NCBI GenBank assembly: GCA_964426735.1
Contig: CAYRRP010000001.1
Location: 157,226 to 221,225, forward strand
Direction of reading: 5' to 3'
From: an uncultured Candidatus Saccharibacteria bacterium
Lineage (GTDB): Bacteria > Patescibacteriota > Minisyncoccia > Phycocordibacterales > DATDWN01
DNA: 64,000 nt
This document shows positions 1-10,048 of the stretch, piece by piece. The position numbers and the translations under genes are program-made. The notes beneath the pieces were generated by a model that was not told the origin of the DNA, did no database searches, and saw nothing but the letters and a program-made list of their open reading frames with translations. Within the stretch, counting starts at the first letter, position 1. Every line of letters starts with the position of its first letter.

Positions 1-2
1 AC

Positions 3-1382
3 GAAGATGCACCAAAAGATACAGAGTCTGCAGAGATTTGGAAAAATATTTTTGATGCGGCTGGTGTGACCGGTGAGCGTATTTATTTTATGCCTGCAAA
101 AAACAATTGGTGGAGTGCAGGAGACAACGGGCCATGTGGACCAGATACTGAAATGTTCTACGACCTTACCGGTTCTCATACATCTGGAATGACAAAGGAA
201 GAATATCTTCTTGCTGATGATAAGCAAGAAGTGGTGGAAATCTGGAATGATGTGTTTATGGAGTACCTCAAAAAAGATGGAGTGGTGGTAGGGAAGCTCG
301 CTTCACAAAATGTAGATACTGGTTCTGGTTTTGAACGTGTGACAGCTGTACTTCAGGGAAAAAATAATATTTTTGATACGGATATTTTCGATGCTGTGAT
401 GAGTGAAGCAGGGAAAATCACAAACAATCTCAAATCTCAGCGTATTATCTCAGACCATATGCGTACAGCGGTCTTTATGATTGCAGATGGTGTGGTGCCG
501 TCTAATACCGATCAAGGATATATTCTCCGTCGACTCATTCGTCGAGCAGTGTTCAATACAACCACTCGAGCGCTTTCTCGTGGTTCAATCACTTCAATTG
601 TTGAAGCACTCCTCGAAACATACAGTTCAGTATATGAAAACCTCTCTCCACAAAAAACAAAAATTATTGATGAGATTGTAAAAGAATCAGAAAAATTTGC
701 GAAGACAATTGAACAAGGAACAAAAGAGTTTGAGAAAATGGCTTCATCAGGAACTATCGACGCGTTTGTGTTATTTTCAAGTTATGGTTTTCCAATTGAT
801 ATGACTATTGAACTTGGTAAACAAAAAGGTATTGTTGTAGATGAGCAACATTTCAAAGAAGAATTCAAAAAACATCAAGAACTTTCACGTGTCGGTGCAG
901 AACAAAAATTCAAAGGCGGACTTGCTGGTACAGGTGAGATGGAAGTGAAGTATCACACTGCAACCCATCTCCTTCATCAAGCACTTCGAGATGTTCTCGG
1001 GGATACTGTTCAGCAAAAAGGATCAAATATTACCGCAGAAAGACTCCGGTTTGATTTTACCCACCCACAAAAAATGACTGATGAGGAAAAGAAAAAAGTG
1101 GAAGATATTGTAAATGAGAAAATTCAAGCGAAACTTCCAATGCAAAAAGTAGTGATGAAAAAAGAGGATGCTGAAAAGACAGGTGCACTCCACTTTTTCG
1201 GAGATAAGTATGGGGATGAAGTTTCTGTCTACTTTATCGGGGACTCTATTGACTCTGCATATTCAAAAGAATTTTGTGGAGGACCACATGTGACTAATAT
1301 TGGAGAGCTTGGAACTTTCAAGATTGCAAAAGAGGAAGCGGTTTCCGCTGGTGTTCGTCGTATTAAGGCAGTGCTGACATAG
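3..1382 (+). CDS. alaS: Alanine--tRNA ligase (5' partial; ends after the editing domain)
   Basis: Motifs GPCGPDTE, VEIWNDVF, DTGSGFER, HTATHLLH, EFCGGPHV, GVRRI; frame is open to the window start. Confidence 0.97.
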   Translation, partial: EDAPKDTESAEIWKNIFDAAGVTGERIYFMPAKNNWWSAGDNGPCGPDTEMFYDLTGSHTSGMTKEEYLLADDKQEVVEIWNDVFMEYLKKDGVVVGKLASQNVDTGSGFERVTAVLQGKNNIFDTDIFDAVMSEAGKITNNLKSQRIISDHMRTAVFMIADGVVPSNTDQGYILRRLIRRAVFNTTTRALSRGSITSIVEALLETYSSVYENLSPQKTKIIDEIVKESEKFAKTIEQGTKEFEKMASSGTIDAFVLFSSYGFPIDMTIELGKQKGIVVDEQHFKEEFKKHQELSRVGAEQKFKGGLAGTGEMEVKYHTATHLLHQALRDVLGDTVQQKGSNITAERLRFDFTHPQKMTDEEKKKVEDIVNEKIQAKLPMQKVVMKKEDAEKTGALHFFGDKYGDEVSVYFIGDSIDSAYSKEFCGGPHVTNIGELGTFKIAKEEAVSAGVRRIKAVLT

Positions 1383-1446
1383 AACTTCCATATAATGCTT
1401 GTTTTTGTACAATAATATAAAAATAAAATTGTGTTATAATAAATAA

Positions 1447-2637
1447 ATGTTATTTCGCTCATCTCATACACAAGGGGATATTTGTCTCATTCTTGATCTT
1501 GGCAATGCATCACTTGCAGGGTCATTGGTTTCTTTGAATACAGGAGTGCCTCCTGAGGCGTTGGCGACAGTTCGTCTTCCGCTTCATATCAGTATGCATG
1601 CTCATCCTGAAAAGCTTCAAGCCACGCTACTTTCTCAACTTGAAGAGGTGCTCCGTATCCTCCATGAGACTCACGTATCTCGTGGAGGCGTACGTATTAC
1701 AAAAGTGCTTTGTGTATGTGCATCTCCGTGGTATGTATCACGTACCAAACATATCACTATCACCAACGAAAAACCATTTTTTATTACAAAAAAGTTTCTT
1801 GATGATGTACTTCAAAAAGAAGTGGATGTATTTAGTGAAGAGCTGTCTCGTGGAGAACACGGCGAAGAATTTACCGCTGGTGTGATTGTAATGGAAAAGA
1901 CAATCGCCGATGCAAGAATAAATGGATACACTATCGATAATCCAATAGGGCAAAAAACAAATTCATGCAATATGACACTGTATCTCGGTGTTGGCTCAAA
2001 AGAACTCACCGAGCGGATAACAAACCAGATCCATGCATGCTTTCATGTAGATAGTGCTGATATACTCTGGCATTCATTTCCGTTGGTGGCTCATACGACA
2101 CTGTACACACTCTATCCTCATGAAAAAGATTATGTGCTATGTGATATTACGGGAGAGGTGACTGATATTACATTAGTCCATGATGGTGTGATTGGAAACA
2201 CAGTATCATTTCCTTCAGGTAAATTTTTTCTGATTCGCAAAATCGCACGTGCAATGAATGTTCCTACTGAGGTTGCAGAATCATTCCTTCATATGTGGCA
2301 ATCAGGTGACGCTGATGCACAAAGTGCCCAATCTATAGAACAAAGCATCACTGACGCAGAAAAAGAATGGGCAATCTATCTTGAGGATGCACTTGCTTCA
2401 TATGGTGCTATTGGTACATTACCGTACAAAATATTTCTTACCGCAGACAATGATGTCGCACCTCTCTTTATTAATTTTTTAAAAACAGAAAAAACAGATA
2501 CAACTGCTGTGTGGAGAAAGAATCTATCCGTCGTGTATATCTCAAAAGACATACTGACACCGTTTTATACATCAGGATCAGCACTGACGTTTGATGATTG
2601 TATTGCAATTGATTCGATTTTCCTGTCACGGTTCTAA
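1447..2637 (+). CDS. FtsA/PilM-like actin-fold protein of unknown function
   Basis: N-terminal LILDLGNAS and internal LCDITGEVTDI resemble actin-like phosphate motifs; NGY..NP.G segment. Confidence 0.6.
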   Translation: MLFRSSHTQGDICLILDLGNASLAGSLVSLNTGVPPEALATVRLPLHISMHAHPEKLQATLLSQLEEVLRILHETHVSRGGVRITKVLCVCASPWYVSRTKHITITNEKPFFITKKFLDDVLQKEVDVFSEELSRGEHGEEFTAGVIVMEKTIADARINGYTIDNPIGQKTNSCNMTLYLGVGSKELTERITNQIHACFHVDSADILWHSFPLVAHTTLYTLYPHEKDYVLCDITGEVTDITLVHDGVIGNTVSFPSGKFFLIRKIARAMNVPTEVAESFLHMWQSGDADAQSAQSIEQSITDAEKEWAIYLEDALASYGAIGTLPYKIFLTADNDVAPLFINFLKTEKTDTTAVWRKNLSVVYISKDILTPFYTSGSALTFDDCIAIDSIFLSRF

Positions 2638-2701
2638 GTTATCCATTGCATTATGCAATATGTTATTGGTATGATACATAGCAAGAATAAGTACAAAACC
2701 T

Positions 2702-4111
2702 ATGAAGAAAAATATCGTACAAGATGTTGTGTTTCCAAAACGTTCTATACGAGACGTTGCACTTCCTTCGCGTAGAAAAGAAGCGACCCCTGCCGCACGT
2801 CCACAACCAAAGATTGTTCGACAAGATGTCTCTCATCAAGAAGAACCAAAAGAGGTTGTGAATGATTATGCATCTGCACCAGGCGAAATGCGTACACCTC
2901 CACATACACCACGTGCATCATATGCATTTGATTACAACAACACTCCACTTCCACACAAAGAATCAAAAATAGGTCTCTGGGCTTCTCTCGCTCTATTTAT
3001 TATTGCGCTTGGATTTGGTGTCTCTGCTTTATTTGTATCAGCTGAGGTTACCGTAGTTTCAAAAACAAAAGTTGTTCCTGTAAATGCACCATTAAATGCT
3101 TCAAAGGATAGACCAAGTGGTGAGTTTGGATACCAAGTTGTTTCCGTATCATCGACAGTGACAAAAACTGTTCCAGCAGGTGCATCTGCAAAAGTCGATA
3201 AAAAAGCAACTGGTACGATTATTGTATATAACAATGCAAGTGATGAGCCTCAAAAATTGATTGCAAACACTCGTTTTGAAACAGCGGACGGCAAAGTATT
3301 TCGTATTGCAAACCCAATCTCTATTCCAGGAAGAAAAACAGAAAATGGCAAGAAAGTACCTGGAAGCGTTGAGGTACTCGTTACTGCTGACCAGGCAGGG
3401 GAAAGTTACAACATGGATGTAGTAGAGTTTACTGTACCAGGTTTAAAAGGAGACCCACGATTCACGACAATCTACGCTCGATCTAAAACACCAATGACCG
3501 GAGGATTTTCTGGTGAAATGAAAGTTGTTGACCCTGCATTAGAAAAGACTACTCGCACAGAGCTAGAAAACTCATTAAAAACAAAACTTAAAAGCGATAT
3601 ACTTTCTCAGATTCCTGTCAATTTCATCTTATTTGATGATGGTATTTCATATACTACAGATGCATTATCACAGAAAAATACCGACAAAGCAGATGAAGTG
3701 TCACTTGAGCTCAAAGGTTCTGCTCATGCAGTAATATTTGATAAGGCATTATTGTCTAAAGCTATTCTCGATATGTATGCTGATTCTATCGCAGCAGAAG
3801 GACAAACACTCTCTATTACAAATTTGCAAGATCTTTCTTTTGTTCTTACAGGAAACACAAAGATTAGCCAATCTCTTACCACACCGATTACATTTACTGT
3901 TACAGGAGATGCTCAAGTAGAGTGGTTATTTGACGAATCAATGCTTAAAAATGACTTGCTTGGTATAAAAAAGACTGATGTTTCAAGCCTTTTACAGGCA
4001 AAATACCCATCAATTGAAAGCGCTCGTGTAAAGATTAGACCTTTATGGAAACGCTCATTTCCTGTCGATGAAAGCGAGGTAACTATCATTAAACAACCCC
4101 TTAAAAACTAA
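2702..4111 (+). CDS. Membrane-anchored protein with baseplate J/gp47-like domain
   Basis: Pro-rich N-terminus, one TM helix, then ATGTIIVYN...TRFETADG..F...V.VTADQAGESYN pattern. Confidence 0.6.
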   Translation: MKKNIVQDVVFPKRSIRDVALPSRRKEATPAARPQPKIVRQDVSHQEEPKEVVNDYASAPGEMRTPPHTPRASYAFDYNNTPLPHKESKIGLWASLALFIIALGFGVSALFVSAEVTVVSKTKVVPVNAPLNASKDRPSGEFGYQVVSVSSTVTKTVPAGASAKVDKKATGTIIVYNNASDEPQKLIANTRFETADGKVFRIANPISIPGRKTENGKKVPGSVEVLVTADQAGESYNMDVVEFTVPGLKGDPRFTTIYARSKTPMTGGFSGEMKVVDPALEKTTRTELENSLKTKLKSDILSQIPVNFILFDDGISYTTDALSQKNTDKADEVSLELKGSAHAVIFDKALLSKAILDMYADSIAAEGQTLSITNLQDLSFVLTGNTKISQSLTTPITFTVTGDAQVEWLFDESMLKNDLLGIKKTDVSSLLQAKYPSIESARVKIRPLWKRSFPVDESEVTIIKQPLKN

Positions 4112-4178
4112 GGTGGATACCCCCTGTTGACTTAAGTGGCTATCTTCTGCTACAATACTACCCATTGATTGAAAAGTA

Positions 4179-4400
4179 ATGCACAACCAAGAAAAAAAGG
4201 ATCTTAGTGTTTCAGGTGTCGTTGTTGAGGCTCTGCCAAATACTTTTTTTAGAGTACGGAGAGATGATACCGGCGAAGAGATGCTCACATATCTATCGGG
4301 TAAGATGCGTCTGCATCGAATCCGAGTTTTGGTGGGTGATAAGGTGGTAGTTGAGCTTGAACCATATGGTGGTAAAGGCCGTATCACTAAGCGGACATAA
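4179..4400 (+). CDS. infA: Translation initiation factor IF-1
   Basis: [12 protein letters not shown]...LSGKMR...[10 protein letters not shown]. Confidence 0.97.
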   Translation: MHNQEKKDLSVSGVVVEALPNTFFRVRRDDTGEEMLTYLSGKMRLHRIRVLVGDKVVVELEPYGGKGRITKRT

Positions 4401-4418
4401 TTTTTAATAATATTTACC

Positions 4419-4535
4419 ATGAAAGTCAAAGCATCAGTAAAAAAGCGATGTGCTCACTGCCAAGTTGTCCGAAGAAAGGGCTATGTGTATGTGGTGTGCA
4501 AAGCAAATGCTCGACATAAACAACGACAAGGATAA
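4419..4535 (+). CDS. rpmJ: 50S ribosomal protein L36 (not in the ORF track)
   Basis: Manual translation [38 protein letters not shown]. Confidence 0.97.
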   Translation: MKVKASVKKRCAHCQVVRRKGYVYVVCKANARHKQRQG

Positions 4536-4540
4536 TTTTT

Positions 4541-4921
4541 ATGCGTATACTCGGTATTACAATTCCAGATGAAAAACGACTCGAAGTAGGACTTACGGTA
4601 CTTTATGGTATCGGACGACCTCTTGCAAAAACTATCCTTGCAAAAGCAAAGGTTGATTTTGGTACAAAAGCAAAAGATTTGACTGTTGAACAAGAAAACG
4701 CTATTCGAAAGGAAGTTGAAGCGAATAAAATCGAAGGAGATCTCAAACGAGAAGTTGCTTCAAATATCAAACGACTCAAGGATATCAAAGCATATCGAGG
4801 CTCACGACATCAACGAGGACTTCCATCACGTGGACAGAGAACAAAGACAAACTCTCGAACACGACGAGGAAACGTACGAAAGACTATGGGTACTGGACGC
4901 CGAGCAGCAGATAAGAAATAA
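4541..4921 (+). CDS. rpsM: 30S ribosomal protein S13
   Basis: [28 protein letters not shown]. Confidence 0.98.
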   Translation: MRILGITIPDEKRLEVGLTVLYGIGRPLAKTILAKAKVDFGTKAKDLTVEQENAIRKEVEANKIEGDLKREVASNIKRLKDIKAYRGSRHQRGLPSRGQRTKTNSRTRRGNVRKTMGTGRRAADKK

Positions 4922-4925
4922 AAAA

Positions 4926-5357
4926 ATGGGAAAGAAAAAAATCGCAACAGCAAAAGATAACGGAGGAGATGGAGCAAAAGCTTCGAATGTTCCTGCTGTA
5001 TCAAAAAAGAAAGTTGATGTTGGTCAGCTTCATGTACAGTCAACATACAACAACACAATTCTCGTGTTGAGTGATGCAAAAGGTAATGTTCTTGCACAAT
5101 CTTCATCAGGAGCACTTGGTTTCAAAGGTGCAAAAAAAGGAACTCCTTTTGCTGCAGCGAAAGTAGGTGAAATTCTAGGAGCTAAAGCTTCTGTTATGGG
5201 CATGAAAGAGGTTGCTGTGGTTGTAAAAGGTGTAGGATCTGGACGAGAATCAAGTATTCGAGGGTTTATTTCAAAAGGTATTACTATTACATCAATCAAA
5301 GATGTAACTCCAGTACCACACAATGGGCCAAAAGCTAAAAAGCCACGACGAGTGTAG
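4926..5357 (+). CDS. rpsK: 30S ribosomal protein S11
   Basis: STYNNTI, GFKGAKKGTPFAA, DVTPVPHNG; start reassigned to ATG 4926. Confidence 0.97.
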   Translation: MGKKKIATAKDNGGDGAKASNVPAVSKKKVDVGQLHVQSTYNNTILVLSDAKGNVLAQSSSGALGFKGAKKGTPFAAAKVGEILGAKASVMGMKEVAVVVKGVGSGRESSIRGFISKGITITSIKDVTPVPHNGPKAKKPRRV

Positions 5358-5360
5358 CGA

Positions 5361-5435
5361 GATGAAAGAAACAAGATTAAAGAATCAGAGAAATCTCATT
5401 CATTAATCTTCAATCATTAATCAAAAATCAAAAAT
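5361..5435. repeat. Heptamer-periodic inverted repeat between rpsK and rpsD
   Basis: gatgaaa gaaacaa gattaaa gaatcag ... cattaat cttcaat cattaat caaaaat caaaaat. Confidence 0.7.
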
Positions 5436-6047
5436 ATGATAACCGGACCAAAATACAAAATAGCACGAAAACTTGGAGCTCCAGTGTTTGAAAAAACACA
5501 GACTCAGAAATACGCTCAACACCTTGAGCGTAAATCTCGTGTTAAAAAGAGTTTTGCTAAACCAAAATCAGAATACGCTTTTCAGCATAATGAAAAACAA
5601 AAAGCTCGAATGGTATACGGTATTTCAGAAAAACAATTTGCTAACTACGTAAAGTCTGCAGTTGAGAAAAAAGCATCTCGTGCAGTAAGTGCTATTTACG
5701 AATCTCTTGAACTTCGACTTGATAATGCAGTTGCTCGACTCGGGTTTGCACCCACACGCTTGGCTGCACGACAGATGGTATCTCATGGACATATTACAGT
5801 AAATGGTACAAAAGTTACTATTCCTTCATACAAACTTTCTTTAGGGGATGTGATTGGTGTCCGAAAAGGTAGCCTTGAAAAACCTTTGTTTGCCACATTC
5901 GAAGAACGCTTCAAAACAATCACTGTACCAGCATGGCTTGGATTTGATTTTTCTACAAAAACCGCAACTGTTCAGGGTATGCCTAAAATGGAAGGAGGGA
6001 ATGCATTGTTTGATCTTGGTGCAGTAGTTGAGTTTTATAGTCGATAA
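5436..6047 (+). CDS. rpsD: 30S ribosomal protein S4
   Basis: EKQKAR..YG, LELRLDN, ARQMVSHGHI.VNG. Confidence 0.97.
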   Translation: MITGPKYKIARKLGAPVFEKTQTQKYAQHLERKSRVKKSFAKPKSEYAFQHNEKQKARMVYGISEKQFANYVKSAVEKKASRAVSAIYESLELRLDNAVARLGFAPTRLAARQMVSHGHITVNGTKVTIPSYKLSLGDVIGVRKGSLEKPLFATFEERFKTITVPAWLGFDFSTKTATVQGMPKMEGGNALFDLGAVVEFYSR

Positions 6048-6118
6048 TACGGAAATATACGGTTGAAAATTTATATAAATAATGTATAATTTATAAACCA
6101 ATTTTTTAATAAATCATT

Positions 6119-7084
6119 ATGTCTGATTACACAATAGTATTACCATCAAAACCACGAATCGTCTCAGAAGAGAAGTTTTCTGGTGTATATGAAATCGACG
6201 GTCTTTACCCAGGTTACGGACACACACTCGGTAACTCACTTCGACGTATTATCCTCTCATCACTACCTGGTGCAGCGATTACTTCTGTAAAAATTGCAGG
6301 CGCTCCACATGAATTTTCAGTACTCACTGGTGTAAAAGAGGATGTAATCACTATTCTTCTTAACCTCAAGCAGGTACGAATGGCTATTGCATCATCTGAA
6401 CCACAGGTAGTTACTCTCAAAGTAAAAGGTGTAAAAAATGTAACCGCAGCTGATATCAAAGTATCTGGCCAGGTAGAAATCCTTAACCCAGAACAACCAA
6501 TCGCTACACTTACTGACAAGAGTTCAGAGCTCGATATCGAAATTGTAGTTGAAAAAGGTCTCGGTTTCGTAACTAAAGATGTTCGAGAAAAGAATCGAGT
6601 TGATATCGGTTCAATAGCTCTTGATGCTATCTTTACACCGATTCGACGTGTAAGTTACGAAGTAGAAAACATGCGAGTAGGTGATCGAACAGACTTCAAC
6701 CGACTTCGAATTGCGATTTCAACAGACGGAACACTTTCTCCGAAAGAAGCGCTTGAGCGATCAATTGAAATCATGATTAACCAACTTAAAGCTATTGTTG
6801 GTTTCAAAGAAGAGGAAGAAATGCCTCTCTCTAAGAATGTTGCTCTTGATGAAACAACATCAGCATCATCAAAAGAAGAAGATGAAGATTTTCTAAAAAC
6901 AAGAATTGAAAATCTTGATCTCTCAGTGCGAACACTTAACGCACTTTCAAATGCAAATATTCGAACAGTAGGAGGTCTTGCTCGAAAGAAAGAGTCTGAT
7001 ATTCTCGATATTGAAGGTATGGGTGCAAAAGGAGTGTCAGAAATCAAAAAAGCACTTGCGGAGCATGGCATCACGCTTAAATAG
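6119..7084 (+). CDS. rpoA: RNA polymerase alpha subunit
   Basis: GYGHTLGNSLRRIILSS, HEFS, DAIFTP, alpha-CTD LDLSVR..NAL. Confidence 0.98.
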   Translation: MSDYTIVLPSKPRIVSEEKFSGVYEIDGLYPGYGHTLGNSLRRIILSSLPGAAITSVKIAGAPHEFSVLTGVKEDVITILLNLKQVRMAIASSEPQVVTLKVKGVKNVTAADIKVSGQVEILNPEQPIATLTDKSSELDIEIVVEKGLGFVTKDVREKNRVDIGSIALDAIFTPIRRVSYEVENMRVGDRTDFNRLRIAISTDGTLSPKEALERSIEIMINQLKAIVGFKEEEEMPLSKNVALDETTSASSKEEDEDFLKTRIENLDLSVRTLNALSNANIRTVGGLARKKESDILDIEGMGAKGVSEIKKALAEHGITLK

Positions 7085-7101
7085 TCACTAGAAATAATAC
7101 A

Positions 7102-7449
7102 ATGAACCACCACAAAGCAAACAGAAAATTCGGACGAGTTACAAAGGTACGAAACGCACTCATGAAGTCGCTCGCACGCTCTTTGGTGTTGGAAGGTAAA
7201 ATCAAGACTACTGATGCAAAAGCTCGAGAACTTCGACCGATGGCTGAAAAACTTATTACAACTGGAAAACTTGGAACACTTGCTTCACGCCGAACACTTG
7301 TATCTCGAGTAGGAGTTGATGCTGCAGAAAAATTGGTAAAAGAAGTGTCTCCTCGATACTCTTCTCGAGCAGGAGGATATACTCGTATTACAAAGTTGCC
7401 AAGACGCGCAGGTGATGGTAGTCTAATGGCGTATATCGAATTAGTATAA
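7102..7449 (+). CDS. rplQ: 50S ribosomal protein L17
   Basis: RKFGR, IKTT..KA, GGYTRI, RR.GD...MA. Confidence 0.97.
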   Translation: MNHHKANRKFGRVTKVRNALMKSLARSLVLEGKIKTTDAKARELRPMAEKLITTGKLGTLASRRTLVSRVGVDAAEKLVKEVSPRYSSRAGGYTRITKLPRRAGDGSLMAYIELV

Positions 7450-7453
7450 ACCT

Positions 7454-7798
7454 ATGAAATACACACTCGACGCAGAAAACAAAAAACTCGGACGAATTGC
7501 AACAGAAATTGCAGTGCTTTTGATGGGTAAAAACAAAATCGACTTCGCTCGAAATGATATGCCTGAAACACAGGTTGAAGTAAAAAACGCATCAAAACTT
7601 TCTATTACAGATAAAAAAGCAGAACAAACTGTATATAAAACTTATTCAGGATATCCAGGTGGTCTTACTGTTAAGCCTCTTTCAAAGATTGCAGAACAGC
7701 GGGGATATGCAGAAGCGCTTCGACGAACAGTTTCTGGAATGCTTCCAAAAAACAAACTTCGAGCACGAATGCTTAAGAACCTAACAATAACCGAATAG
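7454..7798 (+). CDS. rplM: 50S ribosomal protein L13
   Basis: LGRIATEIA..L.GK, YSGYPGG, GMLPKN. Confidence 0.96.
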   Translation: MKYTLDAENKKLGRIATEIAVLLMGKNKIDFARNDMPETQVEVKNASKLSITDKKAEQTVYKTYSGYPGGLTVKPLSKIAEQRGYAEALRRTVSGMLPKNKLRARMLKNLTITE

Positions 7799-7802
7799 AA
7801 TT

Positions 7803-8207
7803 ATGGAAGATACAAAATCAGCAAAATACGTAGAGGCAGTAGGACGACGCAAAACAGCAGTTGCGCGTGTTCGACTTACACCTGCATCTAAAAACTCATT
7901 CCAGATCAATGAAAAAGATCTTGAATCGTATTTTCCTACAGAAGAGATGCGACTTATTGTAACTTCTGCAGTAAAAGAAGCAAAAGCGGGAACATACAAA
8001 GTATCTGCAAAGCTTATCGGCGGAGGTATCCACGCTCAGTCAGAAGCGCTTCGACACGCCATCTCACGAGCTTTGGTAAAAGAAGATCCACATACTCGAA
8101 CAACTCTTAAAAAAGCAGGAATGCTCAAACGAGATCCACGAGCTAAAGAACGACGTAAATTCGGTCTCAAAAAAGCTCGAAAAGCTCCTCAGTGGAGTAA
8201 GCGATAA
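7803..8207 (+). CDS. rpsI: 30S ribosomal protein S9
   Basis: GRRKTAVARV, RDPR.KERRKFGLKKARKAPQWSKR. Confidence 0.98.
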   Translation: MEDTKSAKYVEAVGRRKTAVARVRLTPASKNSFQINEKDLESYFPTEEMRLIVTSAVKEAKAGTYKVSAKLIGGGIHAQSEALRHAISRALVKEDPHTRTTLKKAGMLKRDPRAKERRKFGLKKARKAPQWSKR

Positions 8208-8239
8208 AACAAAGAACTCCCGAAAGGGAGTTTTTGTTT
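8208..8239 (+). terminator. Intrinsic terminator after rpsI
   Basis: AACTCCC-GAAA-GGGAGTT followed by a T tract. Confidence 0.85.
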
Positions 8240-8261
8240 ATGCAACCTTCTATAAAATAAC

Positions 8262-8312
8262 TTGACAAGTATAATAATATAATGTACCATATATAAGAGT
8301 AAGGTTCTTTGA
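8262..8312 (+). promoter_or_regulatory. Sigma70-type promoter plus boxA-like motif
   Basis: TTGACA-17 bp-TACCAT, then GTTCTTTGA at 8304-8312. Confidence 0.65.
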
Positions 8313-8339
8313 ACCTACAACATAACGAAGGAGCTGTGT

Positions 8340-8615
8340 ATGCGATACGAACAGGTGTATGATAAAGCTTTTGTAAGTGAACAAATTAGCGAAAGTGTTG
8401 TAGTTACGAGAAGATCCCTTGTAGACGAGTTGATGGCTCAAATTTGGGGTAAGTGGGTCCCTGGTGCAAGCATTGAATTTGAGCACAACTTTATAAGCAC
8501 CTATGACTTTAGAGACTCGACAGTAGAGTCTGTGGTTGCTGAGTTTACTGAAAAAGGTTGGTCTATTTCAGTTGAACGACTTGGACGCAGTAATTTCAGG
8601 TTCCTTGTAGCGTAG
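8340..8615 (+). CDS. Orphan hypothetical protein (stand-alone cassette)
   Basis: 91 aa; SD AAGGAG, own promoter, terminator at ~8712-8740. Confidence 0.7.
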   Translation: MRYEQVYDKAFVSEQISESVVVTRRSLVDELMAQIWGKWVPGASIEFEHNFISTYDFRDSTVESVVAEFTEKGWSISVERLGRSNFRFLVA

Positions 8616-8820
8616 TTTGTTTTTGCTTTCTTAGCTAGAAAGCGTTGTACTGGTGTAGTAAATGTGTGCCTCTGTGATAACTCACAGAAAAAGGTTTTCG
8701 GACCAAAAAGCAGGTCGTCCAACGGACGACTTTTTCTTTTGTCCAATAATTTCATAATTAATTTTGCCGGAGACAGCAGGGTCTTTGATTTTATAAAAAT
8801 TTCGAGTATAATCCACTCGT

Positions 8821-9459
8821 ATGAATGACGACCAACTAAAAAAAGATTTAGAAGAATCACTTGAGGGTGAAGAAAAAGTGTCAAGGACAGTCCTTGACAC
8901 TAATGAATCTACTGAAGAAGTGGATGATGTTGTGTTTGAAGATAACACCGAAGTGACCGGTGCTGATTTTAATAAAAAATATAATGCTCTGAAGGGAAAA
9001 GTAAAAGAGCTTGAAGCGAAAGCCACAGAATACCTCAATGGTTGGCAGCGAGATAAAGCGGATTTTCTTAACCTCAGAAAAAAAGACGAAGAAGCTAAAA
9101 AGCAGGTAGCTTCATTTGCTAAAGAAGATTTAATCAATGAACTCATCCCGGTACTCGACAGTTTTGAGTCTGCAATGAAAAATAAAGAAGTTTGGGCAAA
9201 AGTGGATTCAAACTGGAGGGTAGGGGTGGAGTATATCGCATCTCAGCTCAACCAAACCCTTGAAAACAACGGTCTGAAGAAGGTGTATCCTTTGGGACAA
9301 ACCTTTGATCATACTCGTGACGAGGCTATCGAAATGCTCCCTACAGAGGATGAGAGTAAGGATGGGGTAGTGTTGGAAGTGGTCCAAACTGGCTACATGT
9401 TTGGTGACCGCCTCGTGAGACCACCAAAGGTTCGTGTTGGAGAATACAAAAAGGATTAA
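8821..9459 (+). CDS. grpE: Nucleotide exchange factor GrpE
   Basis: WQR.KADFLN.RK, LIPVLDSFE, GY..GDRLVRP.KV.V. Confidence 0.95.
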   Translation: MNDDQLKKDLEESLEGEEKVSRTVLDTNESTEEVDDVVFEDNTEVTGADFNKKYNALKGKVKELEAKATEYLNGWQRDKADFLNLRKKDEEAKKQVASFAKEDLINELIPVLDSFESAMKNKEVWAKVDSNWRVGVEYIASQLNQTLENNGLKKVYPLGQTFDHTRDEAIEMLPTEDESKDGVVLEVVQTGYMFGDRLVRPPKVRVGEYKKD

Positions 9460-9489
9460 GGTAGTAGAATTAAGAATAATAGTAATTGG

Positions 9490-9559
9490 TGTTTACATAG
9501 GGTACCCCTATGTAAACAATGTTTGTATAAGAGATGGATACATAGGGGTACCCTATGTA
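9490..9559. repeat. Inverted pair of REP-like palindromes
   Basis: TGTTTACATAGGGTACCCCTATGTAAACA (9490-9518) and TACATAGGGGTACCCTATGTA (9539-9559). Confidence 0.85.
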
Positions 9560-9610
9560 AAGAAAAGTTAAAGCCAGAGACCCTCGAAGGTCTCTGGCGG
9601 TGGAACTGTT

Positions 9611-9871
9611 TTAGTGGCAAGTGTTAGCCCAATTCGCTATAGAGCGAAGGGTTTTCTGGAATGTTAGACTTTGGTATGGAGTAGACATCTCGGGGTCAAA
9701 GAGCAAAAACAGCTCATTGATGTCTTGATTGAGTTCACTTACTTGATCACTGTCCATATGCGCATCTGCGTTGATTCTTCTTGCGAGGATCAATCGAACA
9801 GTCTTTTCATCAATGTTTACTTCTTTTGATGTATCCCTGAGGATATCACGAACATTGTATTTGATAATCAT
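9611..9871 (-). CDS. Orphan hypothetical protein between grpE and dnaK
   Basis: 86 aa; TTGACA at 9910-9905 with TAGAGT -10; hairpin at 9572-9598. Confidence 0.6.
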   Translation of the reverse strand: MIIKYNVRDILRDTSKEVNIDEKTVRLILARRINADAHMDSDQVSELNQDINELFLLFDPEMSTPYQSLTFQKTLRSIANWANTCH

Positions 9872-9924
9872 TCTAACAGTGAAGTTACTCTATAAAAATA
9901 GATTTGTCAAAACAAATGGTTATA

Positions 9925-9965
9925 TAACAGATTTTACATAGGGGTACCCTATGTAAAATCTGTTA
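9925..9965. repeat. REP-like palindrome with extended arms
   Basis: TAACAGATTTTACATAGGGGTACCCTATGTAAAATCTGTTA. Confidence 0.85.
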
Positions 9966-10048
9966 AACTTGCATAAAAAACAAAAGATATTATAATAGTT
10001 AACACGTTAAGTATTAATATTTATTAATAAAAATAACCACAAAATCAT

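Noticed and set aside
2702-4111. Prophage, based on the baseplate-J-like gene
   Set aside because: No other phage genes, and the protein is membrane-anchored among core genes.
4686-4925. N-terminal extensions in the ORF track (rpsK, dnaJ, gltX, scpA) and many antisense or overlapping ORFs
   Set aside because: They overlap real genes or repeats and lack family motifs; treated as shadow ORFs.
9490-9965. CRISPR array from the repeated palindromes
   Set aside because: Only 2-3 copies per locus, inverted orientation, irregular spacing and no cas genes.
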